DNA of 64,000 nucleotides from an uncultured bacterium (GTDB lineage Bacteria; Omnitrophota; Omnitrophia; Omnitrophales; Aquincolibacteriaceae): NCBI GenBank assembly GCA_964434115.1, contig CAYSSX010000001.1, positions 329,459 to 393,458 of the forward strand, read 5' to 3'. Shown piece by piece: positions 61,294 to 64,000 of this stretch (position 1 is its first letter; each line of letters starts with the position of its first letter). The notes under the pieces were generated by a model. It saw only the letters and a program-made list of their open reading frames with translations, ran no database searches and was not told where the DNA came from. The position numbers and the translations under genes were made by a program.

Positions 61294-61531
61294 AACTTCC
61301 TCCTGAAGAAGAGTTTTAGCAAAAATTTAAGCCGTGATGATCCTCAAGGCCGATCTTGTATAAGGAATGAGGTTCCCTAGTGAAGATAATTCCTGAGTGA
61401 AGGTCCTTATGATAGCGAATTCCCTTTTGAGATGCAAGTCTTGACTTAAAAAAGATACCAGCAACAAAAGAATCTTTAACTCAATACACCTAAGTGAGTT
61501 ACAACTTAAGCTAAAAGCGTTTTAATAATAA

Positions 61532-62464
61532 TTATCGGACGTTTGCTTTTCGAACCGTTAAATCTGTCAGCATTTTAAGAAACAAAGAGTGCCCCATCAC
61601 CGTAGGTGCGCGGTAAAAACCAAGCCCCTCAGCCGCCGCCAGAGCACGCGCCTCAATGTCCAGATCATAGAGAATTTCCGCGTTTTCAAAAAGAAATCCC
61701 ACGGGCACCACCACCACCGATCGCTCCCCAGCCGAGGAAAGACGCCGGATCTCATCCAAAATATCCGGCTCCAGCCACGCCTGCCGGGGATTCCCGCTTC
61801 GTGACTGATACGCAGTTGACCACTTTGCGGCGCCAAGACTGTCCGCGACAAGCCGGCTCGTTTCCTTAAAATCTTCCCGGTAATCACAAAGGGCGCAGCC
61901 CTGGGCCGTTTCAACCGGAATGGAATGCACGGTAAAAATATAATGAACGTCTGCGCGGGTAAGCCCCGCGGCTTCCACCGTCTTGCGCACTTGCGCGGCC
62001 TGCGCCTCAATAAAGTAAGGGTGCGCGTACCAGGCCGGTAAATAATCGTAACCAAGGTCTTCCGCCCCGCAGGTCTTCAGCGCTTCCGTGACATTATCTT
62101 TGTAACGCGCGCAGCTTTCCAGCGAACGCTGCACCGCCAGAATAATACCGAGTCCTTTTTTAAAACCCTGTTTGTGAATTTCCTGAACCGTATCCTTGAG
62201 AAAAGGGTTCCAGTTGCGCATACCCAAAAAAACAGGAAGCTCCAGGCCTTGTTCGCGGAGCCCCTTCTCCAAAAGGTCTTTCAACTGAAAGGCATTTTGG
62301 TTGTAGGGAGAAAAACCTCCAATGAGGTCGTAGTGGTGTTCCACGATTTGAAGGCGGGCTTCCGGAATGGCGCGCCCTTCAGCCACCCTCTGCACAAAGG
62401 GCATCACGTCCTCCCTTTTTTCCGGCCCGCCAAATCCGATTAAAAGCACATGGTCATAAGTCAT
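61532..62464 (-). CDS. hemH: Ferrochelatase / coproporphyrin ferrochelatase (class II chelatase)
   Basis: LLIGFGGPE N-terminus, IFTVHSIP (cf. FSAHSLP), YQSRSGNPRQAWLEP and VVVPVGFLFENAEILYDLDIE blocks. Gene context supports the call: its stop overlaps the start of hemY (62461..62464), and hemE lies beyond. Confidence 0.7.
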   Translation of the reverse strand: MTYDHVLLIGFGGPEKREDVMPFVQRVAEGRAIPEARLQIVEHHYDLIGGFSPYNQNAFQLKDLLEKGLREQGLELPVFLGMRNWNPFLKDTVQEIHKQGFKKGLGIILAVQRSLESCARYKDNVTEALKTCGAEDLGYDYLPAWYAHPYFIEAQAAQVRKTVEAAGLTRADVHYIFTVHSIPVETAQGCALCDYREDFKETSRLVADSLGAAKWSTAYQSRSGNPRQAWLEPDILDEIRRLSSAGERSVVVVPVGFLFENAEILYDLDIEARALAAAEGLGFYRAPTVMGHSLFLKMLTDLTVRKANVR

Positions 62465-63876
62465 TTCAGAAACTCCAGCGCGCGCGCAGCCTGCTCTTCA
62501 GCAAGATGAATGCAGTCGGGAATCCCGACTCCCGCGTAAGCATTGCCCGTGAGGTACAGCCCGGGCAGTGTCCCGGCAAGCCTGAGGATATGCGCCGCTT
62601 TGTCAAAATGCCCTACGTGATACTGCGGCATGGAATCCGGATAGCGTCTCACCAGCGAGAAAAGAGGTGCGGCCTGAAGAGGGATTATTTTTTTCAATTC
62701 CGCCAAAGCCATTGTTTCCGCTTCTTTGTCCGGTGCCGTCAAAGCCTTCAGACGTGTCTCCCCTCCAAGAAAGGCACGCAGTAAAACCTGTGATCCGGGC
62801 GCGCGGCCTTCAAATTTCAAATGAGAGAAGGTACAGCCCAGCAGGCCGCTGTTCTCGGATGCCGGAACCACAAACCCAAAACCCCGGAGATCGCGGGGAA
62901 ATGCCGTTTCATCGAAGGCAAGGTTCACCGTCACCGAAGACTCGTAGGCTATCGAAGCCAGCTCGCCCGCCAGTTCCGGAGCAAGCTCTTTCAAAAGCCC
63001 CGCCGCATGCGGCGCGCGGAGGGCAACACAAAGAACGTCGGCTTCTCTTTCACGGCCGGAAGCCAGAGTCACAGACCAGCCAGCTTCACGGCGCGCGATT
63101 TTCACGGCCGCATCTCCCGTCATAAAATCAGCTTGGGAATTTTTTTCTTTCAGCGCGGAAACAAGCGTCTCCATCCCTCCCCGGAGTGTGGAAAAGAGAC
63201 TGTACCGGGGTCCTGAAGCTTTTTCTTCCGCGGCCTTTTTTGCGGCCTGCGAGCGAAGCCCCTTGACCACGCTCCCAAAGGCGCGTTCCATTTCGAGAAA
63301 TTTCGGAAAGGTCGCCTGAAGGCTGAGCGTGTCCGGATCCGCCGAATAAATTCCGCCGATCATGGCCTGCCCGGCTTCACGGAGCGCTCCCTCACCAAAG
63401 CGCCGGCGGATAAAAGCCCCCGCGCTCTCGTCGCCTTCCTGTTTTTTCCGGGGAACAAACGGTTCAAGGCAGGCGCGGAGTTTGGCCGGCCAGCTCATCA
63501 AGTCAGAACGGAGAAAAGGCCAGACACGCGCGGGACCGATCAAATAAAAACCTTCGGGAACTTCCCGGAGACGGCCCGCGCGGTAAATAAAGCTGCGGCG
63601 GCCGTGCGGATTCGTGGGAATAAGCTCTCGAGAAATTCCAAGGCGCTCGCACAGGCTGGCGGCCCATGGCTTATCGGTTATAAAAGATTCGGGTCCGCCC
63701 TCAAGAAGAAAACCCTCTTGGCGGTGAGTTTCAATAATTCCCCCGATGCGGGGCGCGGCATCAATGAGCGTTACGGTAAAAGGCGGGCCGTCAGAACTCT
63801 TAAGTTCGCGGAGCCGGTTCACAAAGGCAAGACCTGAAATGCCGCCTCCGAGCACGACTATTTTTTTAGGTGTCAT
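62461..63876 (-). CDS. hemY: Protoporphyrinogen/coproporphyrinogen III oxidase (HemY/CgoX family, FAD-dependent)
   Basis: N-terminal FAD fold KIVVLGGGISGLA. Length ~470 aa. Confidence 0.8.
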   Translation of the reverse strand: MTPKKIVVLGGGISGLAFVNRLRELKSSDGPPFTVTLIDAAPRIGGIIETHRQEGFLLEGGPESFITDKPWAASLCERLGISRELIPTNPHGRRSFIYRAGRLREVPEGFYLIGPARVWPFLRSDLMSWPAKLRACLEPFVPRKKQEGDESAGAFIRRRFGEGALREAGQAMIGGIYSADPDTLSLQATFPKFLEMERAFGSVVKGLRSQAAKKAAEEKASGPRYSLFSTLRGGMETLVSALKEKNSQADFMTGDAAVKIARREAGWSVTLASGREREADVLCVALRAPHAAGLLKELAPELAGELASIAYESSVTVNLAFDETAFPRDLRGFGFVVPASENSGLLGCTFSHLKFEGRAPGSQVLLRAFLGGETRLKALTAPDKEAETMALAELKKIIPLQAAPLFSLVRRYPDSMPQYHVGHFDKAAHILRLAGTLPGLYLTGNAYAGVGIPDCIHLAEEQAARALEFLK

Positions 63877-63894
63877 AAAAAAACCTAGCGGCGG

Positions 63895-64000
63895 TATGCG
63901 TGGACAAACTCGATAAGGGCCTGAACATTCTCAACGGGGGTTTCGGGAAGGATGCCGTGCCCAAGATTGAAAATAAAACCCGGACGGCCTTCAGCCTGAT
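63895..64000 (-). CDS. hemE: Uroporphyrinogen decarboxylase, C-terminal fragment (rest of the gene lies outside the window)
   Basis: The minus-strand translation ...[37 protein letters not shown] is the conserved HemE C-terminus. Its stop lies at 63895..63897. Confidence 0.7.

Overview
High-GC (~60%) bacterial chromosomal window, almost entirely minus-strand coding. Two giant ORFs dominate it: 9361..29811 (20.4 kb, 6816 aa) and 47491..59496 (12.0 kb, 4001 aa). They are paralogous at both ends, sharing a ~670-aa N-terminal module and a ~290-aa C-terminal module that ends in -SAA. Their interiors carry different cargo modules. Giant 1 has a ~2400-aa HEAT-like array, a PEP-utilising-enzyme phosphohistidine domain and ATP-grasp domain, and a triplicated ~400-aa module. 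Giant 2 has two GNAT-like domains, a polytopic TM block with an HExxH motif, an orphan HATPase_c, a Nudix hydrolase, and an internal textbook Tat signal. In both giants every module boundary carries the same pentapeptide, R-[SA]-E-L-R (15 copies). Its codons are freely synonymous, which points to selection on the peptide, for example as a processing site. Ordinary genes lie between the giants. They include a DEAD-box helicase, two ABC-F ATPases, SlyD, HIT, PilZ, a CBS protein, a PAP2 phosphatase, an ArnT/PMT-type glycosyltransferase, a CPBP protease, a lipoprotein hydrolase, RluA, BolA, a LOG protein, a hybrid histidine kinase with two response regulators, a DUF1016_N–thermonuclease fusion, inositol-3-phosphate synthase and a hemE–hemY–hemH cluster. 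No tRNA, rRNA, CRISPR array or obvious mobile element was seen. All calls are from reading the sequence and ORF translations by eye. No database search was possible.
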